A DNA stretch of 64,000 nucleotides from Octopus sinensis (Eukaryota). Location: contig NC_043012.1 in NCBI RefSeq assembly GCF_006345805.1, forward strand, positions 13,082,001 through 13,146,000, given 5' to 3'. A program made the position numbers and the translations under genes. The notes under the pieces are model-generated. The model made no database searches, had not been told where the DNA came from, and was given only the letters and a program-made list of their open reading frames with translations. Within the stretch, counting starts at the first letter, position 1. Each line of letters opens with the position of its first letter. Shown here one piece after another: positions 39,030-52,397 of this stretch.

Positions 39030-40423
39030 TCTCCCGCCCACGTTGCCGCACTTGCCCTTACCTCTCCAACACCACCCTCCTCACTAGCACCCACCATCGA
39101 CCCTATCCCATCATCCACTCCTTCACCTGCACCTCCAGCAATATTATCTATTGCGTCTCTTGCTCTCTCTGCCATTCCTTGTACATCGGACAAACGGGAC
39201 GCCGCTTGGCTGACCGGTTCGCGGAACATCTTCGTGACATCCACCTTGCGAACGACATACCGGTCTCACGCCATTTCCGCTCCACCGGTCACTCCTTGCA
39301 ACACCTATCTGTGTTCGGTTTGTCCTTACACAGAGGCCATCCGGATTCCCGTTTGCGCCGTGAACAGAAATTAATCTTCTCTCTTCGCTCTTATACGCCA
39401 TTTGGTCTCAACTCTCCCCCTCCTCATCTAACCCCCTCTCCCCCCTCCTCATCTAACCCCCTCTCCCCCCTCCTCACCTATCCTTCCCCCCCGACCCCTG
39501 CTTCTTCAGTCCTTCATCCTTTCACCCCTACTCCCCTTCCCTTCTTCCCTCTTTCTCCCTCCCTCCTTCCCTCTCCCCCTCTCCCCTCTCCCCCTCTCCC
39601 TCTCTCCTCCTTCCCCCTCCTCCACCCCTTCCTTCTCCCCATCCTCTCTCTCCCCCTCCTATCCTACCCTCTCCCCCCTCCTCTCATCCCCCTCTCCTTC
39701 CCCTCCCCTTCTCCTCCCCCTCTTCTCCCCTCCCCTCTTCTCCTCACTACACCACACGACTTTACACATCACATCATATATGATGTGCCATACTAATACA
39801 TACACCAACTAATACATACTAATACGTACTAATACATACTAATACATACACCAACCCTATACATACACACGTCCAGACCTCTCATACGCACTTATACTCT
39901 CTCATACACACACACACACTTATACATACTAATACGTACTAATACATACTAATACATACACCAACCCCATACATACGCACGTCCAGACCTATCCTACGCA
40001 CTAATACTCTCTCATACACACACACACACACACACACACCCTTATACATACTAATACATACTAATACATACACCAACCCTATACATACACACGTCCAGAC
40101 CTCTCCTACGCACTAATAGCTGGTCATTCAACCCTATTATCAACCCTATTATCTCCCCTTATTTCGCTCTCGCGTCTCATGTTTGATCTTTGACCTCTGG
40201 CCGAAATCAGATCGCCATGTTGATTCGTTAGTTACTGCACGCATTTTTTTTCTCTCCTTCTTTCTGTGTTTTTTTTCTCTCTGTGTATCTTTCTGTTGAA
40301 GAGCGTAGGCTCGAAACGTTAAAGACTTGTTTTATTTATATTTCCTGAGCGCCATACTAATACAATTGTTTGTTTGTTTTCCACCTGCCTTCGTCTTTTG
40401 TCTATTTTCATAAAGCTTCCCGT
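39030..40423 (+). mobile_element. 5'-truncated Penelope-like element, copy 2 (GIY-YIG 39030-39412)
   Basis: As copy 1, with REQKLIF instead of REQELIF. Confidence 0.9.
40288..40325 (+). ncRNA. Minimal hammerhead motif, core CUGUUGA (copy 2)
   Basis: Identical to 38541-38578. Confidence 0.7.
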
Positions 40424-40649
40424 TATATATATATATATATATATAATAGATAATGGTGTAATTGAGACCCAAAGGTGTTAGGTAATGCTGAATAAGTGCT
40501 GTAGACAGACAATATTTAAGCTCCAGATTCGGTAATATTGCGAATAAAGGTTTCAACGTTGGTTCTATGTCAGCGTGTGTATATAAGAATTTTTGCGTTA
40601 TAAGATAAAAAAATTAGGCTGTGTAGATATTAGACCATTTATAGATAGA

Positions 40650-40705
40650 AGGTCGTAGAGCTGTTTCTAGGGTATTAATTAATAATATCCCTTCATCGGA
40701 GACGG
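40650..40705 (-). ncRNA. Degenerate hammerhead-like motif in an old repeat
   Basis: Minus strand CCGATGA-A-GGGATATT...AATACCC-TA-GAAA-CAGCTCTA. U4 and stems I and III are damaged. Confidence 0.35.
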
Positions 40706-41310
40706 TGTGAGACGAAATTTAAGTCATAGTTAGTTTAGATGTGATACAAAATAAAGAGTGAGGTGGAGGAAAGAAAATAGATGTAAGATATGTCTGGGTA
40801 TTGAAGTTGTAAATCCGTTTTATAGGCATAATGGTATACATGCAATATTCCAATATCTTTCGAGTAAAATCCAAATGTCCAACAGAGTTTAATATGAATC
40901 CTTCCAAATATAGAGTTTATAAGCAATGAAAGATTCCCTTATGAGTGAGATCCAGCAGGTTTTTAAACTTGGTCATTCCCAGTAGGGAATATAAATACAG
41001 TGTTGCAGAGTCAAAGATTTGTATTTAAAATCACCTAGAAATAGGGAGTGTATTAGTCTGGTCAAATTGAAAACAGGAAGAGAGGAATGAAATAAAGAGA
41101 AAAGAAAGGGGAAAAAGAGGAGAGAAAGAAAAAATGAAAGAGAAAGGAGAGAGAAGATTAGTAAAAATATTGAAATAATAAAAAAAAAAATAAAGAATAA
41201 AAACCCTGAAGATAGGAATAAAGGAAATAAAGAAAAAAGAAAAATTATGATATAGATCAGTCAGTGGTCAGTGGAGCTGATTTGAAAGTAGGAGTGGGGA
41301 TAGAGAGAGA

Positions 41311-41508
41311 AAGGTATTATAGTGTAAAAGATAGGGGAATGTAAGAGGTGAAGGAATGACCAATGTGTAGTAGTATAGTCTAATTGTGGGGCAAAGATAT
41401 GTTCCTTAATTCTTCTGCCACACAATTAGAACATACTACTACATATTGGTCATTCCTTTACCTCTTAACCCCACCCATATTCCTCTGTATTTTACACTAT
41501 AATACCTT
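41311..41508. repeat. Imperfect ~200-bp inverted repeat (MITE or hairpin)
   Basis: AAGGTATTATAGTGTAAA/TTTACACTATAATACCTT, AAGAGG.GAAGGAATGACCAAT.TGTAGTAGTAT with its reverse complement, TCTAATTGTG/CACAATTAGA. Confidence 0.82.
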
Positions 41509-43996
41509 GCTGTCAATCTGCTTGCGAGAACTGTTTAATGTCTCATTTGTTACCTGTTTTATTCGACTGCAACATCATTCCAAACTATGTGGTATTATAC
41601 GAAATTTAGAAACGTTCATAAGTTTTCTTATGATAAAATTTGTGTATTATATCTTAAGCGTCAATTTATATTGTAACTAATCGTTTGCTTTCAACCTGAT
41701 TGTGAAATAACCAGGCTTGTTCAAATATAACAGTAAGAGGTTTTCTTTGTTAGGGTACGAAGTTGATTGTATTTCAATTAAAAGAATCATTTTTATTTTA
41801 ATATTGCGTTTTCCATTGTTCTATAAATAAATCCATATCGATTTCCTTTCACGATAGGAGAGACACGGATGGGGTAGAAACCAACTTTTCAGTCAAATCC
41901 ATATCTTGAAAAGCGTACTGAGATCTGAACACGAATCCATTTAAACAGCAAATTTGGAATTTACAATTCTACTTCGTTTAGAAGAAAAAATTTCATATTA
42001 GAAATCATATCAGGATTATGCCAAAAGGATGTTTCTGTATTTTCCATTGTTTTTAATAATTAATTCTAATTCTTTTACAATAAGAATTAAAATCTGCTAT
42101 AATTGAATAAATTAGATAAGACATGCTAATTTGAAATTTTCTAAAAATAAGCTGAAGGATATTTCGGAATCTACAATACAAGGAAATTACATAAAGACTC
42201 CTATGACAAGCTTCCAGCGCCAATTATATATGCAATTCTCTATGTAACAACTGAAATCGGCTGGGATCAGGTTATTGCTTGCAAACTCTTCAATAATTAA
42301 CAGAGTGAATAATATATCGAGAATGCCTTAAGAAAGAAGGAATCCTTTTGACTTCGAAAATAAAAATGCTTCCGGAAGGGAGTTGATAAACAAATTCATA
42401 AAGAGGGTTGTCCAGTGCTAACATCTTTTATCATGGGTAACTTTAACTCGTTAGTTCTGGTATTAAGGTCCTAGGAATTTGCGGTTATATGTAATGCTGA
42501 AATAATCTTGTTCATGAATAAAGATTTTGACATACACGTGTCTAATTTAGGAGTAAACCTATTCTCATACATTGGCCATTGAACATGAATAGGAGTTAAT
42601 ATAAAGTGAGGTGCTTGCCTAATCACTATTATTTCATCTACAAGCAAATAACCCACGAGGTAGATTTCAACTGGAAGCCCAAATCTAGGAAACAAATTCC
42701 TGAAGTTTATTTATTCTGATATAAAATTTCAGCGCTGATTCCCTACAATTTTATGAGTTAAAAACGAATACGTTTGTAATTATCATATCTGATTGACACA
42801 TTCATGAAGTATGTATGAACCGTAATAAAATGACGAAATTTTATTGATAATAATTTAAATCACATATTAACTGACAAGTCAGTGTTATGTAATATGTAAA
42901 TGACAAGAAAGGTAGCGTAATTAATCAAATACATCGCAGTTTTTATTCACCTTGTTCGACATTTTCGGTTCAAAGTCAGATAGTGTCAATTATCTATTTA
43001 CTTTTATTTATCTTTTATTTTACTTCAAAAATAAGAAACTAGAGTTAGTGAGAGTTAAATCAACTAAACGCATCAAATTTTATGACAATGTTTGAATTCA
43101 ATACTTTAGTAAATTTCGACAACTTCACTTGACTAAGGTAATTAAGGTTAGCGATCATGATGGGTTACTTATAATCAAGATGGCATAATAAGTATAACCG
43201 AAGACAAATAATGTTTCATTAACTACTTTTGTCATGAAGCATTTCTATTCGGTATTCTCGTTAGTCTCTTCCGTGGCGATAATACAAGGATCACTGATAT
43301 AATGGAATCGAATCAGCAGACTACTTTGGATTTATAGAACTGAACAACACCAGATAGAGTATGTTATTCTATATTTTCTTTCCATTTTGAATTCAAAATC
43401 CTTTGAGGTTTGTAATATTTCCGTACGTTACCTTTGGTTTAATAAATGTGCTCGCTTGCCACATATTAAATAAAATCTCTTGACAAGCAACGCTTTTAAA
43501 CGTAGATTGTGGCAAAGAACGGACGTTTAAACATCACAGTATTACATTTCTCCCAAATTAGCGAATATTGATTAATTAGCGTGTCTAAACAACAGATATC
43601 AAAACTTTGTTGTCTCTTCTCGTATAATAAAATTCATAAAAAATTATCAACTGTGCATTACATGTTTGAAATATAAACTTGTAACGGTCTAAAAAATAGA
43701 ATCACTGATTAACCGAGCGTAAAATTGTTTTACCGGATAACAAAAATATGTAGTTACTTTAACAGCAAAATGTGAAGTAAGCAGCAGGCGAGTTACTTTT
43801 ATGCTGTCGAAATCTATAGTAACAAAGTAAGGGGAATGGATTATCGGAAAAATATTATCAGTGATTTACTGCAGAAATTTTGTGATGATGTATCAAAGAG
43901 AAAGATCAATTATATATCCGATTGCATGCTTCTACCACGTTCTTAGGTAAATATTCAAATTATATACTCATAAATAAAAGTAGAGAAATCATTTGA

Positions 43997-44347
43997 AATT
44001 TGCCGTTGAGCGATGCGGTCTTCGTCCCAGTGGGAGAAGTCCGAAACGTGGTCTTTGCTATTCGTAAGACCCGCAGAAGAGAAAGTAGGTCAACCCCCGA
44101 CACCGAGTGCATCGACGGATGGATGAATGCGCATCCAGGCTCAGTGGTTGCGTAGGAATTCGGGGTCAAGAAACAGAAAGAAAGAGTGAGAGAGCACAAC
44201 ACGGGTCGCCACCACCCCTGCCGGAGCCTCGTGGAGCTTTAGGTGTTTTCGCTCAATAAAAGCACACAACGCCCAGACAGGGAATCGAAACCGCGATCCT
44301 CCGACCGTGAGTCCGCTGCCCTAACCACTGGGCCATTTCGCCTCCAC
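43997..44347 (-). mobile_element. tRNA-headed SINE family 3, tail type A
   Basis: Head GGAGGCGAAATGGCCCAGTGGTTAGGGCAGCGGACTCACGG...GGTTTCGATTCCC, body ATTGAGCGAAAACACCTAAAGCTCCACGAGGCTCC. Confidence 0.88.
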
Positions 44348-45384
44348 TGTCGTTGCTGTTATTCAAACACATATCTTGCTTTGTTTTAGAGGTATCACTG
44401 AAGACTTCCGTTTCATGTAAGGTATATAAAGGAAGTCGTTCAGTAGAACATATTCTTTAAAACCGAATACGTACAGAAAACGTCGAACAGCTCACTAGGA
44501 GCTAGCTAATATTCATTTACTTTTCCCATTCTTCGTGTACTCCACTAAAATCTCCCTGTTGCGATGTTAATACAGACGATGGTAAGAACAATACATCTAC
44601 GTTTAGGCTGAGGAAGACACTGAAAATATAGGTGACCTACGTTTGGTCATAATGTCTTGTCGCTGTCCAAGTAAAAATTTTAGACTCACTACCTGATCGA
44701 TTCAAGCGTAAAAGTTACAGAAGACGATTTCAAATTTTGTGTCATCATAAGAGTAATATTTTTTTTCAGTTGATGAATATGATTTATATATCGAACCATA
44801 GTACAACTCTTGCATTAATTTTATTAATAACAAATGCAATAATATTGATATTTACCCGGCTGCTTTGATAAGAGAACACTTAGGCATAAAACTATTTACT
44901 GGTTGAACCAAATCGATATCTGTGTCGCTAACGTATTTGATATCTAATTTATATAATAACTATCATGTATAATATACATAATGCACTAGTTTTAATCAAT
45001 TGAGGCTCTGAAATTATACAGTAAGGTGGCAGAAGATAAAATGCATTTCAAGTGCATTTACCTTTGATCTTCGTAACTCTTTATTACGTGAAAAAAAATT
45101 CTTTCACTCAGAATCGTTATTATAGTCAGTAAATCAGCAAAAAATATTGTTGTTATTAGAACTGAAGCATCATGGACAAGCAAGGATTATTATTGTCTTC
45201 TGTAAATTCCTGACATCATAGGCTTCGTTTATCCACCCACAATAGTTGTTTTGCTTCCATTAGATAACATGTGTCGACAATCGACAGACGATCGGTACAC
45301 GTAGTTTACACCAAGAATTCCAAACTTTAAAAAAAGTATTACACATTTCATCGCGGGATATTTATATTCTTCTGTTTTTCATTC

Positions 45385-45717
45385 TTTGACTCGTTTCAGT
45401 CATCTTCATTATGGCGGTGTTATGCTCCACCTTAAAATGGTTTAGTCGAAGAAATTGACCCCATGATTTATTCTTTGTAAGTCTAGTACATATTCTATCG
45501 GTCTATTTTGCCGACCCGCTAAGGTGCTAGTAAATAAACAGACCAACGTCGGTGGTCAAACGATGATGGGAGTCAAATACAGACGCATACACAGAAATAT
45601 ATACGAGCTTCTTTCCGTCTACCAAATTCAGCTATAACGCTTTAGTTGACCCTAAGCTATAGTAGAAGACAGTTATCGAAGGTGCCACACAGTGGGACTG
45701 AACCTGGAACCATATGG
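45385..45717 (-). mobile_element. Diverged SINE family 2
   Basis: CGTCTACCAAATTC...GCTATAGTAGAAGAC...GGTGCCACACAGTGGGACTGAACC. Confidence 0.8.
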
Positions 45718-46340
45718 AGGTGTGACGACGTTCTCGGGAAGAATTTGGGCGTCGACGAGGATCACGTGACCGGTCTGTTCAGAAGAACTTTCGGGCCGGG
45801 ACCTATGGACAATCAACAAAGATCTCTGGCCTGGCAGTGCTATTGAGTGGCATTATCCGTTCGGGATAAGCTCTACAGGCACAGTTCGAGACACACTAGA
45901 CTGACTTGCCCGAGATGCGGTCAGAGCGATGAAGCCATTCTGCACGCACTCGTGCAGTGTCCGACTATTTCGCACCTGTGGGCTTATGCCGAACGGCTGC
46001 TGTTACGTGCGGGCGACGAAACCCATGATCCTGTAATCGTAAAAAGAGTAAGAAAGAGAGTACTTTGTGTTTATCATGTGTTTATTACCTCCTGAGGTTA
46101 CCGTGGTCTTTTCCGTAGGTTTTTCTTTCCACTCATGAACCTAATCTTGCTTCTTACGTTTTAAAACTTTCTTCTGTAATACACGATCCCATTTGATAGC
46201 CTTTTATTTTTTCCCTACCCCTTTTGATCGGAATTTTACATTTTTTCTCTTTTTTACCTTTTTCTTTTCCATTTTCGAAAAGAAAAGCTCTACGTTTGTA
46301 TTTGTCTCCTCTGTGTTCAGCCCTGTGGGGCCAATAAAGT
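45718..46340 (+). mobile_element. Tx1/L1-clade LINE 3' fragment
   Basis: SLAWQCY*VALSVRDKLYRH...CPRCGQSDEAILHALVQCPTISHLW (zf-RVT-like CxxC...H...C...W), pyrimidine-rich 3' UTR, AATAAA. Confidence 0.85.
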
Positions 46341-46408
46341 TATCGATCGATCGATCTATCCATCCATCCATCCATCCATCCATCCATCCATTTATCTATC
46401 TATCTATA

Positions 46409-46461
<53 letters not shown>

Positions 46462-46572
46462 GTCTGTCTGTCTGTCTGTCTGTCTGTCGGTCTGTCGGTC
46501 TGTCGGTCTGTCTGTCTGTCTGCCTGCCTGTCTGTCTATCTATCTATCTATCTATCTATCTATATCTATATC
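46341..46572. repeat. Compound tetranucleotide microsatellite (ATCG/ATCC/CTAT/GTCT)
   Basis: Direct. Confidence 0.92.
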
Positions 46573-46587
46573 TACGTACATTATATA

Positions 46588-47687
46588 TTGGATTGGCAAG
46601 AAGGCAATTTCGATTTTTGTAATAATTTCCTATGTTATTTTTCCGCAAAAGTGAGAATGCTGCTGATACTCATAAAGAGATATGTCAAGTTTATAGTACT
46701 GATTGCTTAACAGAACGCGCATCTCAGAAATGGTTTTAAAAATTCATTTCTGGCGATTTGTTTCACTCAAAGATGACCAACGATCTGGTTGACCTACTGA
46801 AGTTGATGACCGAATCAGAGCCATAAATTAATCTGATTGTCATTTAACTGTGGCATAGATTGCAGAGGGGTTAAATGTATCACACACAATAATTGAGAAT
46901 CGTTTGCAATGTCCTCGACTCGTTTAGAAGCTCGATATTTGGATTCCACATAAATTGAAAGAGATTCACTTTGCATAACGAATCAATATTTGCGATATGC
47001 GTCTCAATCGCAATAAAATAGACCTTGCTTTGAAACGAATCAACAGTAGTGATGACAAATGGATGGTCTACAATAACATCAATCGATAACGATAATGATC
47101 CAAGCAAAATGAACCAGTATAAATCGCATGGAAATCTGAATTGCATCAAAAAAAGTCATGTTCTCAATTTGGTGGGATTACAAAGGTGTTGCATATCTTG
47201 AGCTGCTTCCAAGGAACCAAACCATCAATTCCCATGTTTACTGTCAACAACGAATGAATCTGGAGTAAGTAATCAAAGAAACACGACCGGAATTGGCAAA
47301 TCCTAAAATAATCGTGTTCCACCATGACAACACTAGACCACACACATCCTTCTTAACACGTGAAAAATTATTGGAGCTTGGTTGGGAAGTGAAGTCACAT
47401 CCACTATATAGCCATTACCTTGCCCGCATCAGATTACCAATTACTATGAAGTTTGCAAAATTCTTTGAATTGTAATCTTCAATAATGATGACCTGAAATC
47501 TCACTTCAATTTTTGGCTAACGACCAAACGTTTTTTGAGCGCGGAATCATGCAATTTCCGGAAAGGCAGCAAAAGATAGTCGAACAAAATGGAAAGTATA
47601 TAATTGTTTAAAGTACATTCTTTGTATGAAAAAAAAAATGACTTTCATTTCACACTAAAAAACCAAATTACTTTCTTGCGAACACAA
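46588..47687 (+). mobile_element. Degenerate mariner transposon with both TIRs
   Basis: Left TIR TTGGATTGGCAAGAAGGCAATTTCGATTTTT after TA; right reverse complement TTGTGTTCGCAAGAAAGTAATTTGGTTTTTT. Motifs DIWIPHKL, SIWWDYKG, VFHHDNTRPH, HPLYSHYLA. Confidence 0.92.
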
Positions 47688-49681
47688 CAGACACACACAG
47701 AGTCACATACACACACACACACATACACACACATACACACACACACACAAACACACACAAACACACACACACACATATATATATGCAAGTCTGTTTGCGT
47801 GGTATGTAGTCTCTATTTGATTTTCGTCGCCAGGTTTATGACTTTACGCTTTTAGAATGATTTAAATGTTGGTAGTTAAATTTTTATATATTGTCACTTT
47901 ACTATTATTCCGCCGTAAATTTACTCCAGTGAACTGCAAGATGAAACCTTTTTGAAACAGAACAGGTATAGTCGATTTTCTGCTATTGTGATCGGCGTGT
48001 TATGTGCATGTACAACAATGAAATACAGGAAATTCAACACTTTCCTAGGACGTGAATGTAACTGTAAGATGGCGTATACGTTGGAGGAGTTCGGAATTTT
48101 CCTTGTAAATTCCCTTCCAGTTCTAGTGAAGAATGAATCTGAGAGGTGAAGTTTCGGATTGAACATAAGAGTGTTTGACTTCGGCAATATGAGAGTGCAT
48201 ATCGTAAAACTCCTGATGACGTAATAAATCCTTGAATGAAACTCAAATTCATATTGAATGGAACTAATGTTCCAAATGTCGTGAAAACAAATGTCTGTTT
48301 TGAATCTAGTCTATTACTGACAGATCTATTATCGACTCTGACGAGAAGGACTCAGCGAGCGAACCCGCGAGTGAACCAGTAAGTTCGAAAATGGCAGCTA
48401 AATCTTGTTTCAAACACCACCTTAAAACTTAAGGTAGATTTATATTTGTAATCCTCCCTAAACAAAGATTAGATATATTTACCATAGGTACCTGAGAATT
48501 AAATAATCTACATCAGTATGAGGGGTAAACAAAAATAGGTAGAAGCATATACAAAACCATGTTATGCTTAAAAAGACTTTAGATTTCATAGGAAAGGGAC
48601 AAGGAACAATATCATTAACAAATATATGATCTACTTAGACACTAGGCAAAATATTTGGTTTGGGACTAAAAACAAAAACCGGAATGTAAATTGTCTAACT
48701 AAATTCAGCTAAATATTTCGTGAAAGGGATGCTGTTAAAATTCTGCTAATACTGCGTTATAGTGTAATTTAATTGATTTGCAATTTATATTATTAGCTCA
48801 TTGTATTGTGAAATAATGGTTATAGAATACATTAAATCATTTTTCGACTTTCTATCGCATGAAAGCTTTCAGGACATCATAATAGAAATCTGTAGTCAGT
48901 CTGTCACTCACATATGTAGAGCTGAGAATTATCGAAAATAAAACAGGCTCAAATTATATAAACGTATTATATAGTATTATATGAACACATATAGTAGTCA
49001 GGGATAAATGAAGATTAAATTCAACAATTTGAAGATATTTTAGAAGGAATATCAAATTGCAACCGCGATTTTATTCCACAAATACACCGTTTGAATTGTT
49101 CACTAAGACTTGCTACATTTAAAGTACATCATATCGTCTTTCTTGATATCATGTGGAATGCGACTTTAGCACTGAATTTTTATTAATCTAATTTTATTAT
49201 TTCTATTCTCGTGTTTTTTTTCCTTTTAATTCGGAACCATACTTTGCATGGACATAAAATGTCACAGGGAAATATATATCATTCAAATTTTCTCAACTTC
49301 ATTAACTGCCAAGTAAACATGTGTTGTTTGCCAAGAAATCCCAATGAATAAGGTTAAAAATAATTTTTGTCACGGAAAATTTTAAAATGTTCCATCGATA
49401 TTTTCCCAAAGAAATGAAGCTGCAATTAACAAGAAATAGCTTTGATTCAAATTAGTTATATTTAACTGTCCCGTGCCTTTCAAGATTTAATTCCTAATTC
49501 ACAAACACATTCAGGCTCAAGTAAAAATATTCTGATTAGAGATGAGTCCGTTATGCATGCTATTTTTTTAATTTATTTCAGCAACAAAGCCAAGTATGAT
49601 GAATGGCAAAAATTGAATGAACTATCCTTAAAATTAACTATTATTGTTTGCATGTTTGTAATTAATTTAAGAAATAAATTG

Positions 49682-49976
49682 TCGCCTTTTCAAGCCTAAC
49701 CAGGCTCATGGGCCCGGTTTCCTGGTTTCTGTGACGTATGTGTCCCCCCCCCCGCAGCTGGACGGAACGCCAGTCCATCGCAGCGTTACTCAAGAAGTAG
49801 GAATAGAGAGAAAATTGTGTCGAAAGAGTACAACTGGGGTCGCCACCACCCCCTAGGAGCCTCGTGGAGGTTTTAGGTGTTTCCGCTCAATAAACACACA
49901 CAACGCCCGGTTTGGGAATCGAAACCGCGGTCCTCTAACCGCGTGTCTGCTGCCCTAACCACTGGGCTATTGCGCC
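49682..49976 (-). mobile_element. tRNA-headed SINE family 3, tail type B
   Basis: Same head and body as 43997-44347, but the tail is CAGAAACCAGGAAACCGGGCCCATGAGCCTGGTTAGGCTTGAAAAGGCG. Confidence 0.88.
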
Positions 49977-51479
49977 AGTACGCCAGTTTAAGAAATAATG
50001 TATTACATGTATTATAAATGTATTACATGTATTATAAATGTATTACATAGCATTAAAATATGTATTAGCTTGAACTAGAATAATATTTTCACAACTATTC
50101 TGCTTCCCAAAATTTAATTGCCCGAAATATATTGCCCGAAACATTTGAACTTCAACTGAAATCATACAGGTAAAATAGTAATTATCTTTCAGAGTAAACT
50201 GATATTTATGCCAACTGGTCAAACTCAGGTTAAATATTATATCCTGCTCTTTTGCTACTATGTGTATTTTCTATTTTCTAGAACAGTAATGAATCAGGCT
50301 GATTACAAAAGAACTGCACTTGTTACGTGCGGAGTAAGTTTAGGAAACCAAACATGAAGAAGAAAATTTGACTCAAAATCTAAGATTATTTATAACACTA
50401 GAGACCTTGTAATACTCAAAAGAGCCACGATTAGTCAATAAAAAAGTGAATTGTCAAAATCTTACATTTAAAGAGCTGGCTGATACATATATTATATGCC
50501 TATACTATTTACTTTCGTTTGTATTGATTTACATTTTAAATACCACCATTTCCCCTCTTTCCAAATATATCGACAATGTTAATTACCGTTCCACTGTTGA
50601 TAGAATGGCTGTTATACAGGGGGGAGGGTACCTATTTCATAGAGATCAAATCGATGAAAGTCAAATTGTTTCCAACAGTGCACGATACAACAAATTAAGC
50701 CAAAGCTTTTAATGTGATCTAACGTTCTGTAACACTATGGCATTCATACAGTTAATTATAATTTTTCAGACTTCGTCGCTTAGGCATAAGTTGTAAATTG
50801 CTGGAATAAAATATTCGGTTTTGGCATGTTAAATATTCACTGATAATAGATATGGGGGGTAATATTTGTAAATAGCAGAAAGATGAAAGGTGTGAAATAT
50901 AGATAATTTATGGCAAGCAAAAGTTGATACTGCAAAGTGTACGGAATTTGATTGTCATGAGTTATTCTGAAACATGGTAGTATCAAGAATGATACACCAA
51001 TATTAGGAAACTATCATCAATTATATTCACTATCAATAAGTACAAGTTTCACATCTTGAGTGATTCCGTTGCTTTACATTTGTGATGTTTATTATTTTAA
51101 GCAGTCCAGAGAGTCGACTGTCCTAAGGTTTCTTCACTTTCTCTGTCTCTGCATACACAGATACACACACACACGCACACATATCACGCGTGTGTGAGCG
51201 TGTGTGTAATATTCAACTTAATCAAAGGAAGCTACAATTCCTAATATCTCAGTGATTCAGAGAAGTCGTATCAAATATCATGTTTCATGTATTTGGTGGT
51301 CTCATTTATGGCAGGAAATTATTTCCAATCCTCACAATCGATGCCAGTGCTCCTACAGAACCTATACAATGTCCCCTCAAAACACACGTACTCATGCTTA
51401 TTATTATGATTTTCAAATGCTTAACAGTGGTTCGTCTGTCTTCACATTTTGTGTTCAAATTCTGATTTGGATAACTTGA

Positions 51480-51571
51480 TGAATTAAGTACCGTGAAGCG
51501 TTGGTGTCGATGTAATCGACTAGTCTCCTCTTCTCAAATTTCAGGCTTGCTTCCATAGTAGAATGATTATA

Positions 51572-51618
<47 letters not shown>

Positions 51619-51780
51619 CATTATCGCGTTCTGAATTCAAATGTCGCCGAGGTTGAGTTTGCCTTTCATCCTCCAGGTTCGATAAATTAAGCAACTGTTA
51701 CGCGCTGGGATTGACGTAATCAAACTGGTCCCCTCCCCAAAAATGTCAGTCCTAGTGTTTTTACCAGGAAAGATTATAAA
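51480..51780 (+). mobile_element. Two SINE family 1 3' fragments (alternative tail) separated by (ATT)n
   Basis: GTACC...GTCGATGTAATCGACT and GCCGAGGTTGAGTTTGCCTTTCATCC. (ATT)n at 51571-51620. Confidence 0.72.
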
Positions 51781-51849
51781 CAAACCAATCGCAAACGTAA
51801 TGTGTTCACAGTGAGCAAACGTTTCGTCCCTGATATGCTAACACCGTCT

Positions 51850-52236
51850 CTAAAATCGACATTAAAACGACGACGCCGTGGAGATCTCATTCTTGCTCAC
51901 AACATTATAAGCGGAAAATGTAACCTCTCGAAAGAGCTGTTCTTCACTCCTGCTCCAGAGCGTCGGCTGCGGGGTCATTCCGAAAAGTTCTATCTGCGAC
52001 GATTTCATCTCAATCGAAGGAGAGGGGCTTTCTCCGTCCGGGTTGCGGATCTGTGGAATAAGCTGCCAGACGAGATGGTGAAGATGCCGACGACCGCTCC
52101 GTTCAAAGTCTCCCTTGACCTCAAGTTGTCTGAACTCTTTACATGAACACCACCCTGTACATAACTCCATGTCCCCCCTACATGGGCTTACTTTTTGCTT
52201 TTTGAGCCAAAAAATTAACTAACTAACTAACTAACT
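51850..52236 (+). mobile_element. CR1-clade LINE 3' end with (AACT)n tail
   Basis: RRRRGDLILAHNII...RLRGHSEKF...FSVRVADLWNKLP...FKVSLD is a typical CR1/L2-group ORF2 C-terminus. (AACT)5 at 52217-52236. Confidence 0.9.
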
Positions 52237-52350
52237 GCACAATCTGCCACACACAAAACTGATGTATTTGACTGAAGAAGAAAACTCATCGTCCAATCCA
52301 AAGCACAATCTCTCGATCGTGAGTGCAACGTTCAAACCATTTGCGTATGG

Positions 52351-52397
<47 letters not shown>

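Larger units (their letters stand above)
37001..40445 (+). repeat. Near-identical ~1.7-kb tandem duplication (SINE tail fragment plus Penelope fragment)
   Basis: Anchor AGGAGAAGATTAAGGG at 37021 and 38723. Few substitutions plus low-complexity indels between copies. Confidence 0.92.

Noticed and set aside
40450-40560. Minus-strand frame ending LIQHYLTPLGLN as a second GIY-YIG
   Set aside because: No recognisable GIY or YIG motif upstream. May be a very old Penelope relic but is unsupported.
42400-42700. FIMGNFNS...VLGICG as LINE APE endonuclease
   Set aside because: Single short motif amid many stops. Too weak.
44600-44635. CTGAGGA-AGACACT-GAAA motif
   Set aside because: Stem II is only 2 bp and stem I does not pair. 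Likely chance.
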